Origin: a virus
Taxonomy: Duplodnaviria; Caudoviricetes
Direction: 5' to 3' (one strand)
IMG/VR virus record: IMGVR_UViG_3300033463_000070
Coordinates: 20,700-84,699 of that record
DNA length: 64,000 nucleotides
Part shown: piece after piece, positions 28,539 to 37,851 of the stretch
Layout of the letters: the number at the start of each line of letters is the position of its first letter
How positions within the stretch are numbered: position 1 is the stretch's first letter
Program-made: the position numbers and the translations under genes
The notes under the pieces: model-generated
Seen by the model: the letters and a program-made list of their open reading frames with translations, nothing else
What the model was told of the DNA's origin: nothing
Database searches by the model: none

Positions 28539-29124
28539 CTAGTCCAACATAATGAAATCTTCCCGGTTTGATTCCTAATTTGTCTGCTACATATAATTGT
28601 ACTGTCATAAGAGCATACATATTTGATGGAAATGCATATCTTATATCATTTGACCTAAATATAACTGTCATTTCTAGTTGTCTTTGATATATAGAACATT
28701 TTATCATAATTAAGCAAGGAATATCTTCAAGATATGTATCTGTCTGTGGGTCATATGTTATTGCGATAGCTCTACGAGTATTTTCATCTTCTTTAAGTCT
28801 ATCAATCATAACTTGATATTGGTCTACATCAAAATATTCTATTAGTCTATTCCCATATGTATATACAAAATCATGTATATTTCCATCTAATAATTGGTCA
28901 GCATATTTTTGTAAACCCTCATTATTAAAAAAGGTATTTTTTGGTACTTTGACCGCTTTTGCATATCCAAAATCATTAATATGGTCTTCAAAATGTAATG
29001 CTACAAAAGGAATTTGATAAACAATATCTCCTCTTTGGTCAATTACTTTCTTACCTTGTGTCGTTATTATGTAATATAAATAATTAAATGCATCATCTAT
29101 ATTATCATAAACTTTATTACTCAA
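28513..29124 (-). CDS. thyA: Thymidylate synthase, archaeal (methanogen-like) type
   Basis: YTYGNRL, RRAIA, DIPCL (catalytic Cys), FRSND, PSNMYAL, DAH. Confidence 0.88.
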   Translation of the reverse strand: MSNKVYDNIDDAFNYLYYIITTQGKKVIDQRGDIVYQIPFVALHFEDHINDFGYAKAVKVPKNTFFNNEGLQKYADQLLDGNIHDFVYTYGNRLIEYFDVDQYQVMIDRLKEDENTRRAIAITYDPQTDTYLEDIPCLIMIKCSIYQRQLEMTVIFRSNDIRYAFPSNMYALMTVQLYVADKLGIKPGRFHYVGLDAHWKGDE

Positions 29125-29591
29125 TTTATTGCCTCCTCTATTAATTTATGGATTATATTGATAGTGAACCATTCTTCAAAATAACACCCTCCAATATAAT
29201 ATCCGTCATAATATAATCTAAATGGTCTATTTCTATTTTGATTTTTGTGACTTATATAATGTGTCTTTTTACTATCCCAAAATTTATATTTTCCATTATT
29301 TTTTCTTTTAGGATATTGTCCAATTCCCCCTTTAGTGAAATTAAACTTAGGATTATAATACTTTATAAATAATCGTTCATAAGCATCTAATTCGTCCTTA
29401 GAACATTCCACTTCAATTTGAATAGAATATCGTAAAGGGTCTGATTGTAATACCCTATTAATTGGTTGAGTATTTTTAGAGCTTTTAATTAAATGTTGTC
29501 TATGTCTTTTATATATATCTTTGCTTTGTCCTATGTATACAACTTTAAAGTCATTTTTTATATCTCTGTAACTATAAATTCCGCATGGCAC
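29121..29591 (-). CDS. Free-standing GIY-YIG homing endonuclease
   Basis: GIYSY...VYIGQSKDIYKRH.QH...E..FI. Overlaps the thyA start by 4 nt. Confidence 0.85.
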   Translation of the reverse strand: MPCGIYSYRDIKNDFKVVYIGQSKDIYKRHRQHLIKSSKNTQPINRVLQSDPLRYSIQIEVECSKDELDAYERLFIKYYNPKFNFTKGGIGQYPKRKNNGKYKFWDSKKTHYISHKNQNRNRPFRLYYDGYYIGGCYFEEWFTINIIHKLIEEAIN

Positions 29592-29622
29592 TATATCAAT
29601 CTTTAAATGTCATTATGGGATA

Positions 29623-32115
29623 TTAAATATATGTTTGTTTAACTGCATTTATAAATGTATCGCTATTTTTACTTGGTTTATATTCTATAAACATTCCTGC
29701 CACAATTCCCTCTGGCAAAATATTATAACCACTTTTACAAGTGATTTTACTACAAGGACCCTCTGGCTCCATTAACGATAATCTTAAACATTTATTTCCT
29801 TTCTTACTTATAAAGTAAGTTGCTTGCTTTACTAATGCTTTACGAGTATATTTCTTACTTGCTAGCATACTTGTTATTAATTGATATGATGTTCCATTAA
29901 TGTAAGCTTCTTCTGCCATAAATGGGTCATGAACACTATAATCAATCAAGAAATGCATATATAATTTGCCATCATAACAATGACATTTTGTAATAATAAC
30001 ATGTCCTGTCTCGAAATAATCACCATACTTTGCTACAATAGCTTCAGAACATGATATACTTTGATTAACATCTTTATTCTGTAAATGAAGAATACTATAT
30101 CCTTGTTGATTATCTACGTCAATTATCACACCTTTAACATACATTTCTTCATTATCTTCATCAGTTGCATTAAGTAAAGGAGTTAACATATTATCATAAG
30201 GTGTTTTTACACTATCAATATATTCTTCTCTAATAGAAAATGATATTGCAGAGAATTCTTTGTCTAATATTTCTTTTTTGGTGTATATTCGTTCTTCGTA
30301 ACCTTTTTCTCCTTTCTTTAAGAAATTAAGCAACTCGCCACGCTTATCTATGATGTCCTGCATATCTGTAAGACCAAAATCAAATGCACCTGCACCAATT
30401 AAATTTTCTTTACATCGTTTATTACACTCTCTTGGTGCCATTCTCTGACAAAAGTTATCGAATGATTCAAAATCACCATTAGCTCTTTCTTTTAAGATAG
30501 CTGTGGATACTTTATCAGATATTGTATTAATAATATTAAGACCGATATAAATTTTATTATCTACAATAGTTGTTTCGGCTTCACTTAAATTAATATCTGG
30601 TGAACATAATTCTGCATCACTATCTTTTATCATATTTAGTATCTCTATCCTTTTTTCTTCTTCGCTATTCTTTACATTTTGAAGCATAGCAACAGCAAAC
30701 TCTAAAGGATAGTAAGTTTTTAACCAAGCAGATTGATAAGCAAGAACTGCATATCCACATGCATGTGCCCTGTTAAATGAATAATCAGATGATTTTTCAA
30801 TATTATCCCATAATTTCTTAGCAACTTCTTCATCTACATTATTATCTATACAACCATTAATAAATTTAGGTTTAAATATATCAAATGCTTCTTTTTTCTT
30901 TTTAGAAATTGCTTTACGAAGATTATCTGTTTCAACATCACTCATACCTGCAAGGTCACGAGCAACTGCCATAGCATCTTCTTGGAAAATCATAAGTCCT
31001 TGAGTACTACCTAATGTATCTTTTAATCTTTCATCAAGATATTCAGGCTCTTTACGACCAAATTTATAATCAGCATATAATTTATCCATTCCTGAATTCC
31101 TAGCTCCCGGTCTTATTAATGATACTAGAGCCATTAACTCATTAAAATTCTCAGGCTGTACCATTTTGACTCCAGCTCTTCCCGCAGCTTTTTCTAATTG
31201 AAATAGCCCCATGGGATTTTTACAAATAGATTCGTAAACTTTAGGGTCGTCAAATTCATATGGTAAATTTACATCATCTTTAATAAGATTTAAACAATCA
31301 CGTTGAACATCAAGAACTTTAATACCTAATGTATCGTTTTTTAAAAATCCAAGTGCATTACATTCGCTTCCATTGTTGGATATAATTGGTTTACCACTTA
31401 CACTTATAACAGAACAATATTTATCCATTATATCATCTAAGATAATCATAGCACCAGCATGAACACCATAGTTTTTAGTTAAACCTGCTAATGGGTCAAT
31501 ATAATCTCTTACTTGCGGGTTTTTATCTAAAAATTCCATTATTTTTTTATTATTGTGATAATCATCTTCTTTATTAGATAAAAATGAAGTAACTTTATTA
31601 ACTTGTGCGAAGTCTAAACCTAATCGTGCAGATAAATCTTTAATTAATACTTTTGGTGTAAAATTAACTTTATTTAAAACCTGACCACATCTATCTTCAC
31701 CAAAATGTTCTCTAATCAAATTCAATACATCGTCTCTACCATCAGAACTAACATCTGTATCTATATCTGGTAAACTTCTCTGTATCCTTGTTTTATTAAG
31801 AAATCTAGCAAAAGATAAATTATATGGTTTTGGGTCTATCTTTGTGATATTAAGAAAGTAACAAACTACGGAAGCAAGACAACTACCTCTTGCTGGGCCT
31901 CTGAATATATCTGCTTCATCTATTAATGCACATATATATGCTGTATTCAAAAAGAAATCTTCTAAATCAGCTCCAAGAATAACATCAAGTTCTTCTTCAA
32001 GTCTATCATGATACCAAGAATCATCATAGCAACCTTTAACCTTCATACCTTTGATACACATATCTTTAATATATTTTTTATTATCAATAGATTTAGGTTT
32101 AAAATCTCTAATCAT
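29623..32115 (-). CDS. dnaE: Family-C DNA polymerase (DnaE/Pol III alpha), polymerase part lacking the PHP domain
   Basis: GPARGS, LPDIDTD, GVHAGA, KNDTLG, GLFQLE, LIRPG, IFQED, YSFNRAHA, YPLEF and a C-terminal OB-like region. GAGGTGAG RBS. Confidence 0.93.
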   Translation of the reverse strand: MIRDFKPKSIDNKKYIKDMCIKGMKVKGCYDDSWYHDRLEEELDVILGADLEDFFLNTAYICALIDEADIFRGPARGSCLASVVCYFLNITKIDPKPYNLSFARFLNKTRIQRSLPDIDTDVSSDGRDDVLNLIREHFGEDRCGQVLNKVNFTPKVLIKDLSARLGLDFAQVNKVTSFLSNKEDDYHNNKKIMEFLDKNPQVRDYIDPLAGLTKNYGVHAGAMIILDDIMDKYCSVISVSGKPIISNNGSECNALGFLKNDTLGIKVLDVQRDCLNLIKDDVNLPYEFDDPKVYESICKNPMGLFQLEKAAGRAGVKMVQPENFNELMALVSLIRPGARNSGMDKLYADYKFGRKEPEYLDERLKDTLGSTQGLMIFQEDAMAVARDLAGMSDVETDNLRKAISKKKKEAFDIFKPKFINGCIDNNVDEEVAKKLWDNIEKSSDYSFNRAHACGYAVLAYQSAWLKTYYPLEFAVAMLQNVKNSEEEKRIEILNMIKDSDAELCSPDINLSEAETTIVDNKIYIGLNIINTISDKVSTAILKERANGDFESFDNFCQRMAPRECNKRCKENLIGAGAFDFGLTDMQDIIDKRGELLNFLKKGEKGYEERIYTKKEILDKEFSAISFSIREEYIDSVKTPYDNMLTPLLNATDEDNEEMYVKGVIIDVDNQQGYSILHLQNKDVNQSISCSEAIVAKYGDYFETGHVIITKCHCYDGKLYMHFLIDYSVHDPFMAEEAYINGTSYQLITSMLASKKYTRKALVKQATYFISKKGNKCLRLSLMEPEGPCSKITCKSGYNILPEGIVAGMFIEYKPSKNSDTFINAVKQTYI

Positions 32116-32124
32116 TCACTCACC

Positions 32125-33063
32125 TCATACTACTTTCTTAAGAAAAATTTTTTCAAAATCCAAATGCTTATCAAATTTAGGAATCACCCTATCATATTCT
32201 GGCATTTCAAAATAACATTTTTCAGCTATTTTATGAGTATTATCAATACACAATTGTATTATATCATCATCTACTCCTGACATTCTTCCAAATTTATAAC
32301 ACAACTCTGTATTACCTAACACATTACTTTCAAGTGTATCTGATATTTCTGATTCAGCTTTTTTCCAATTAATGCTTTGTAATTTTTTTCTTAATATCCT
32401 ACCCGCATCAGTAAGAACATGACTATCAAAAGTATTAATTAACCATTTGCAATCAGTATCTTCATATAATTTTATAAGTTTTTCATTTAATATGTTCTGA
32501 GGATATAATCCTTTGTCATTTTGCCAAGTTGGATGATATTGAAGCTCTATTGCAACATTATCTTTGCCAAATTTATCAAGCAATTTATTAAGAAAGGAAT
32601 AAGCTATGTCATCTTGTCCTTTTTCGAAGTTTTGACATATATATGATAATGCACAAGCAGTTGATACAAAAATTCCTTCTGTATTTTCAAATAAAATATC
32701 ATGAGGAAGTAAAGGTTTATAATAAAAATGGTCAGTAACAGATAATCTTTGCATTTTACGAATATTAGTTGCTCCTACATCATTCATAGCCAAACAAACT
32801 AAATGATAACGATTTCTGTCTTGTGGCTTTTCTAAAGTAGGTTTGCAATAAAATTCGTTTCCAAAAATTGGTTTAACATTTGATTGCTTACATTCCTGCT
32901 GTAGAGCATACCAATTAGCTACTGTACCATGGTCAGTAATTGCAATATACTCTTGACCATAATCTTCTACTTGTTTAACTAAATCCGGAATTTTGATGAC
33001 AGAATCACCAATACTAGCATCAGTATGTAAATGAAGATTTACGAAATTTTTTGTATTTGTCAT
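32125..33063 (-). CDS. dnaE: Stand-alone PHP domain of DnaE (N-terminal part of the split polymerase)
   Basis: HLHTDAS, ITDHG, GNEFY, HLVCLA, ELQYH, FDSH, NT..IAEKC. AAGGAG RBS favours ATG 33063 over 33090. Confidence 0.92.
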   Translation of the reverse strand: MTNTKNFVNLHLHTDASIGDSVIKIPDLVKQVEDYGQEYIAITDHGTVANWYALQQECKQSNVKPIFGNEFYCKPTLEKPQDRNRYHLVCLAMNDVGATNIRKMQRLSVTDHFYYKPLLPHDILFENTEGIFVSTACALSYICQNFEKGQDDIAYSFLNKLLDKFGKDNVAIELQYHPTWQNDKGLYPQNILNEKLIKLYEDTDCKWLINTFDSHVLTDAGRILRKKLQSINWKKAESEISDTLESNVLGNTELCYKFGRMSGVDDDIIQLCIDNTHKIAEKCYFEMPEYDRVIPKFDKHLDFEKIFLKKVV

Positions 33064-34102
33064 ATAAAAATTCTCCTTTTTCAATTTCATTAATCATTTT
33101 ATTATATTTTTGCTTATCTTGAATATCCCAATTATATCCGTCTTTTGTTACTATATCTTTTAATTTAAATAAATCTGTATTTTGTTTTCTGTATATTACC
33201 TGTCCATTTTTCTCAATTATATATTTAAAAGTATATCCTTGTTTAGCATTTGTTTTACAAGTGCTTAAATGTAATACTCCTGTAGGATTAGTTTTTTGTA
33301 TTTTTCCGTATGCCATTAAATTATCTCCCCTTTTTATAAGTTTATCTGTATTTTCATTGTAAAATAATTTTGCCCATGGTAATTTTTTTGCCTCTACTTT
33401 TTTCTTTAATTCGTAAAAATTTTTTGATGTTAAAGAATAATTATCATATTTGTACATCCATATATTTGTTGTGTTATTATAACTGACCCCAAAATATCCT
33501 GATGTATTTTGAGCGATTTTAAAAAAATCTTTTTCTGAAAAAATATTAAAATCAACATAAGTTTCTTTTTTAATTTTTTCTACTTCATCATTATGAAATA
33601 TTTTCTTCCATAATAATCCCTGTGATTTAACTTTATATTCAAGTATATTTATATTTTTAGATGATATTTTACATCTTCGTTTATTTTTGTAATAAGAATA
33701 AATCCAACGAAAATTTTGAGTACCATGACAATCTACTTGTTTATATACTCTATAATACCCTGTCTTATTACCTCTATTTTTAGACATTTTTTCACGTGTT
33801 TTTTGTGACAAATGAAAAACATCTCCACCAGATGATAAATTATAATGTTTATCATCTTTATATGTATTATAATATTGTATCCAATATTTTTCTCGTTCAT
33901 TTAATATATCTCTATTACATTTTTCAACAATAATTAAATTAAAATTATTTTTTTTATATTTATTAATTGCTCTATCAATATAAGAATTTTCAATACAATC
34001 TGACTTACAATGTTCATTAAATCTCTGTTCTATATTAATTGATTGCCCAATATACATCTGTCCTGTTTTTTTGTTTTTTATCATATAGATGCCACAAGTC
34101 AT
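33020..34102 (-). CDS. GIY-YIG homing endonuclease with repeated C-terminal DNA-binding modules
   Basis: GIYMI...MYIGQS..I..RF..H...LNERE.YWI...YNL. Repeats NKTGYYRV / NTSGYFGV / NPTGVLHL. GAGGT RBS favours ATG 34102. Confidence 0.88.
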   Translation of the reverse strand: MTCGIYMIKNKKTGQMYIGQSINIEQRFNEHCKSDCIENSYIDRAINKYKKNNFNLIIVEKCNRDILNEREKYWIQYYNTYKDDKHYNLSSGGDVFHLSQKTREKMSKNRGNKTGYYRVYKQVDCHGTQNFRWIYSYYKNKRRCKISSKNINILEYKVKSQGLLWKKIFHNDEVEKIKKETYVDFNIFSEKDFFKIAQNTSGYFGVSYNNTTNIWMYKYDNYSLTSKNFYELKKKVEAKKLPWAKLFYNENTDKLIKRGDNLMAYGKIQKTNPTGVLHLSTCKTNAKQGYTFKYIIEKNGQVIYRKQNTDLFKLKDIVTKDGYNWDIQDKQKYNKMINEIEKGEFLYDKYKKFRKSSFTY

Positions 34103-34103
34103 A

Positions 34104-34307
34104 TTAAAACCTCTTGAGGTCATCTATACTAAGACTTAATAAAAAATCAGGTTCGGGGATTTCAATTTTAATAACATTATTACGAATGTTACGATGATGA
34201 ACTACCCCATAATTTCCTTTTGTCTTTGTTACTACTTTATCTTTTGTTTTTTTGTATAAATTTAATATATTTAATCCATCATGATATAATATGTCATAAT
34301 CATTCAT
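34104..34307 (-). CDS. Hypothetical protein
   Basis: ORF track, coupled overlap. Confidence 0.5.
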   Translation of the reverse strand: MNDYDILYHDGLNILNLYKKTKDKVVTKTKGNYGVVHHRNIRNNVIKIEIPEPDFLLSLSIDDLKRF

Positions 34308-35191
34308 TTTTTATTCCCTTGTTTATTGTTATTTTTGGGAAATATTAAATCAAATAACTCATCATATTGAGTTTCAAGAGTATCTTCAACATTGTTTACT
34401 CTCATAAATATATGTCTTTTGTTTACTAAAAATATATCGCCCCTATCTTTTTGTATAGTTGCAACATAATTATCAATTGAACCTTCTGTTTCACGTGTTA
34501 ATATTATTCTCATTGAACATTCATCAATTAATCTTTGTTTTACTGAAGCAAATTTATCGTCATCTGCTAATTCAGGTATGAAATCAGAGTGTGATATAAA
34601 TACCACTGGTACATCTAAATCCATATATGCTGATGAAAATTCTCTAAAGAATTTATTTCTTAATTTCCATATTGCTAATTGTGCTCCACTATCTGCGTCC
34701 AAATTTCTTTCTAAACGCATTTTAGCTTCTGCGAATTCAAGCAAGAAAGAAACTCCATCAACTATAACACCTTTAATGTTTATGCCGTTTTCTATTGCCA
34801 TACGTACTGTTCCGGCTGCTGATGTTACATTATTAACAGTGGCTTCTTCATCTTTAACTGATGCTCCTTTATTGTTAGTTTTGAATTCATTAGGATTATA
34901 TACTTTAATTTGTCCTTTTTGATAATATTCTTCATAAAAAATTTGAATAATTTCTTTTCCAGAATTATCCACATCTATATAAAAAATTACCTCATCATCT
35001 TTTAAATCACGAGTTAATAAAGATAGTGAAAGTGAAGTTTTAGCTGTACCATTCTCTCCAGATAATAATATTTTTTTATTAACTTTTGCATCTTCTTTTT
35101 TCTTATCTGACTCAAAAATTTCTTTAAAAATAGTTTCAGACAAAGTTTCCTTACTTTTATTAGTTTTTAATGCTTTATTTCCGATTGCCAT
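34304..35191 (-). CDS. AAA/RecA-like ATPase (AAA_24/Sak4-like recombinase candidate)
   Basis: Walker A GENGTAKTS, YIDVD, Walker B VIVDG, VVFISH. Confidence 0.65.
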   Translation of the reverse strand: MAIGNKALKTNKSKETLSETIFKEIFESDKKKEDAKVNKKILLSGENGTAKTSLSLSLLTRDLKDDEVIFYIDVDNSGKEIIQIFYEEYYQKGQIKVYNPNEFKTNNKGASVKDEEATVNNVTSAAGTVRMAIENGINIKGVIVDGVSFLLEFAEAKMRLERNLDADSGAQLAIWKLRNKFFREFSSAYMDLDVPVVFISHSDFIPELADDDKFASVKQRLIDECSMRIILTRETEGSIDNYVATIQKDRGDIFLVNKRHIFMRVNNVEDTLETQYDELFDLIFPKNNNKQGNKK

Positions 35192-35539
35192 TGTGTCACC
35201 TCTTTAGTTAATTCTAAAAATCGTTTTTCTTTTTTTTCGATTACTGATTTTAATTTAGCTAAAACAAATAAATCAGTAATATTATTATAATCTTCATACA
35301 ACATATTTAATTCCTTATTAAGACTCTCTCCTTGTCGATGAAGCTCCTGTGAGTATAGATTTTCTTCCAACATAATCATCCACCACATTATTCAATTCAT
35401 TTAATATAATTGCTTTTGATATAGGATGTTTTACTAATATAAAATCTTTTTCAAGATTTTGAATTCGAGTACGTACTTCACGAGTACGTATCTCAAATAA
35501 TTTATCAGAATTTTCAAAATCTTTTGGTTGATAAGGCAT
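35167..35539 (-). CDS. Two small helical hypothetical proteins (35167-35388, 35318-35539)
   Basis: ORF track, overlapping operon arrangement. Confidence 0.45.
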
Positions 35540-36516
35540 TATAGTTCTACCTCTTCTGATATAGGTAAAAAACCACCTACATGATAATTAATTTCACCAT
35601 CTTTTTTCTTATATGCATTAACAAAAAGATATCCATATGCACCATCGTAAATATTCAATCCTGCAAGTTCAGTCGGAGTAAACCAAACATCAGCATCGTC
35701 TTCTCCAATTTCAAAATTGACTACAACATTTTTGGTAGGGTCATCATTAGTTCTAATATCAATACATTCTCCTTCAATTACACCAAAAACATTTCTATCA
35801 AAATTTTTAGATTCTAAATATTGCAACAAATCAGCAGAAGATTCAAAAATGATATCTCCGAAAAATTGTCTAACATAATTTAAATAGACATCAATAGTAT
35901 CATCATCAAATGCATCAGTATCATCTGTTACAATCGCATTATTAAAGTATTGTATTTTACTACCTTTTATAATTTTACTTGCATTTCCCTCTTTTAAAGT
36001 AAATTTAGCTTCTTTACAAATAGGTACTACTTTTTTCATAGCATAACTGCCAATACTAATTTCACGAGGAACTACTTTATCACCATCTTGAAAAATTCCA
36101 ATAGCATTAGCAGTAGCATAATTTTTATCAATTACTTTGCCTTTATTAAATCCTTCAGTGTGAAGATATTCTCCTTCTCCTTTTGCCATACCTTTTTTAA
36201 TTGCTGCTTCTAAACCATGTTCTTTAACAAAATTATTAACTTGATTCCATGCATAGTTATTATAACTGTTAGTTCTGAATCTCATGAGTAAAAAACCATC
36301 CATTCTGTATCCAGATTGAACCAATCTTTTTAAACTTCCTCTAGTTTTTCTTAAACTTCTTAAAGTTTTTGTAGCATCATCCATATCAGATGGCATTTTC
36401 TCATAAATTTCATTAAAAATGCTATCCATTTCTTCTTGGCTAATACCATGTTCTTCAGCAAATTTTGTGTTTTTTTCTTGTTCACGTTCTATCTTATTCA
36501 TTATAATTTCCTCCAA
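35539..36516 (-). CDS. Putative ssDNA-binding (OB-fold/RPA-like) protein
   Basis: First gene after a strong promoter, upstream of the ATPase. Helical N-terminus with beta-rich aromatic C-terminal part. Fold not confirmed. Confidence 0.35.
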   Translation of the reverse strand: MEEIIMNKIEREQEKNTKFAEEHGISQEEMDSIFNEIYEKMPSDMDDATKTLRSLRKTRGSLKRLVQSGYRMDGFLLMRFRTNSYNNYAWNQVNNFVKEHGLEAAIKKGMAKGEGEYLHTEGFNKGKVIDKNYATANAIGIFQDGDKVVPREISIGSYAMKKVVPICKEAKFTLKEGNASKIIKGSKIQYFNNAIVTDDTDAFDDDTIDVYLNYVRQFFGDIIFESSADLLQYLESKNFDRNVFGVIEGECIDIRTNDDPTKNVVVNFEIGEDDADVWFTPTELAGLNIYDGAYGYLFVNAYKKKDGEINYHVGGFLPISEEVEL

Positions 36517-36550
36517 GTTTTTTTAGATATGTTATTATATTAATAATACA

Positions 36551-36575
36551 CTATATAAATGTTTCGTTTATATAG
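36551..36575. promoter_or_regulatory. Back-to-back divergent TATA boxes
   Basis: CTATATAAA-tgtttcg-TTTATATAG between the divergent starts at 36516 (-) and 36598 (+). Minus strand reads CGAAACA-TTTATATA. Confidence 0.75.
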
Positions 36576-36597
36576 GTTAGAAAAAATATGAAAAAAT

Positions 36598-37173
36598 ATG
36601 AATATGCAAGAAAAATTTTATGCAGATAATTATTGCATATTAGGTGGTTTCTCCAAAAATCGATGGGGATACACCACAAAAGAAGAAAAAGAATTAAAAA
36701 ATAAATTAAAAGAAAAGGGAGAGTATATGTTACCGATTCGGAAAGTAGCGAAAAATCAAATGCCTACTAAAACTGATAATAATATGTTAAGTGCTGTCAG
36801 TTATGCCGTGTCAAGTCTTGATTTAGAAGACCAAGAACGTATCATTGAACTGAGTAAAACTATCCCTGAACCTGAGGATTTAATAGACCAAACTATTGCG
36901 ATTCAACAATATCGTATTAAAATGGGTTTAGAAAATGAATATCAACAAGGTAGATTATTACAATCTACTCAAGAAGCTATTAATAGTATAGTTAATATGA
37001 TTAATGCTAAACAAAATATTTCTGAAGGACAAAATATCAATGTTAATGTCAATAATACTATCACTTCTTTGTTGGATGAACTTGATGATGAAGATGATAC
37101 AGTAATTGATATGGATAAAGTTAGCGCACAACAGAAAGAAAGAATGAAAGAAATAAATAATTTGAGGTCTTAA
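36598..37173 (+). CDS. Hypothetical protein, possible terminase small subunit
   Basis: Helical core with a C-terminal NINVNVNNTITSLLDEL segment like many TerS proteins. Opposite strand to its neighbours. Weak call. Confidence 0.3.
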   Translation: MNMQEKFYADNYCILGGFSKNRWGYTTKEEKELKNKLKEKGEYMLPIRKVAKNQMPTKTDNNMLSAVSYAVSSLDLEDQERIIELSKTIPEPEDLIDQTIAIQQYRIKMGLENEYQQGRLLQSTQEAINSIVNMINAKQNISEGQNINVNVNNTITSLLDELDDEDDTVIDMDKVSAQQKERMKEINNLRS

Positions 37174-37174
37174 A

Positions 37175-37429
37175 ATGGAAGAAATGAAACAAGATGTAAC
37201 TAAAGATGATTTTATAAATGAAATGGAAACATTTGAAAACAAAACTGCACGTGAAATTTTAGAATTAATGGAAAAAGAAGAATATATGTTACCAGTTGCA
37301 GTTTTAGGATTAATTAGTGTTGTCCGTGCATTGATAGAAAACTTTGGTAATGATGCACTAAGAGATGAAGCAACACACTTTTTAAATTTAAACACAAAAG
37401 ATTTAGACGAAATAAAATCTGAATCATAA
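37175..37429 (+). CDS. Hypothetical protein
   Basis: ORF track, 1 nt after the previous stop. Confidence 0.55.
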   Translation: MEEMKQDVTKDDFINEMETFENKTAREILELMEKEEYMLPVAVLGLISVVRALIENFGNDALRDEATHFLNLNTKDLDEIKSES

Positions 37430-37442
37430 TATCATCTCCTTT

Positions 37443-37490
37443 AAAAAAAATAGCCCACTCCTGAGTATTCAGGGTGGGCTATCTTTTTAA
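37443..37490. terminator. Bidirectional terminator hairpin
   Basis: A-run, ATAGCCCAC..CTGAGTATTCAG.GTGGGCTAT, then T-run, between convergent genes. Confidence 0.75.
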
Positions 37491-37502
37491 ACTAAGGAGA
37501 AT

Positions 37503-37778
37503 CTATAAAACTGATTTTATAACTTGTTGATATGTTTTGTATTGATTTTGTCCTATTAATTGATGATTAAATATTTTATATTTTCTTATTATAAAATTTT
37601 TATCTGTTTTTACAATAATATATGCAATATTATTATCTTTATAAAATATTAATTCTTCTTCATTAATTTTTAAATCAGAAAAATCTGAACCTTTGAGCTC
37701 TCTATTAAATACAATCATAATACCATTTTTATTTTTATTTATAAGCCCCGATTGCGTAATCCCAAAATATAAAATCAT
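37503..37778 (-). CDS. Hypothetical protein
   Basis: ORF track. Confidence 0.4.
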   Translation of the reverse strand: MILYFGITQSGLINKNKNGIMIVFNRELKGSDFSDLKINEEELIFYKDNNIAYIIVKTDKNFIIRKYKIFNHQLIGQNQYKTYQQVIKSVL

Positions 37779-37851
37779 AATAACTTATTATTATATCCAA
37801 ATGGATAACGAGGCTTATTATATTATGATTAACAATCTTTAAGAGGAAGAT

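Noticed and set aside
32100-32140. Frameshift, intron or split intein joining the two dnaE ORFs
   Set aside because: A clean stop is followed by a well-spaced GAGGTGAG RBS and ATG. There are no intein N- or C-terminal motifs, and the combined length is normal.
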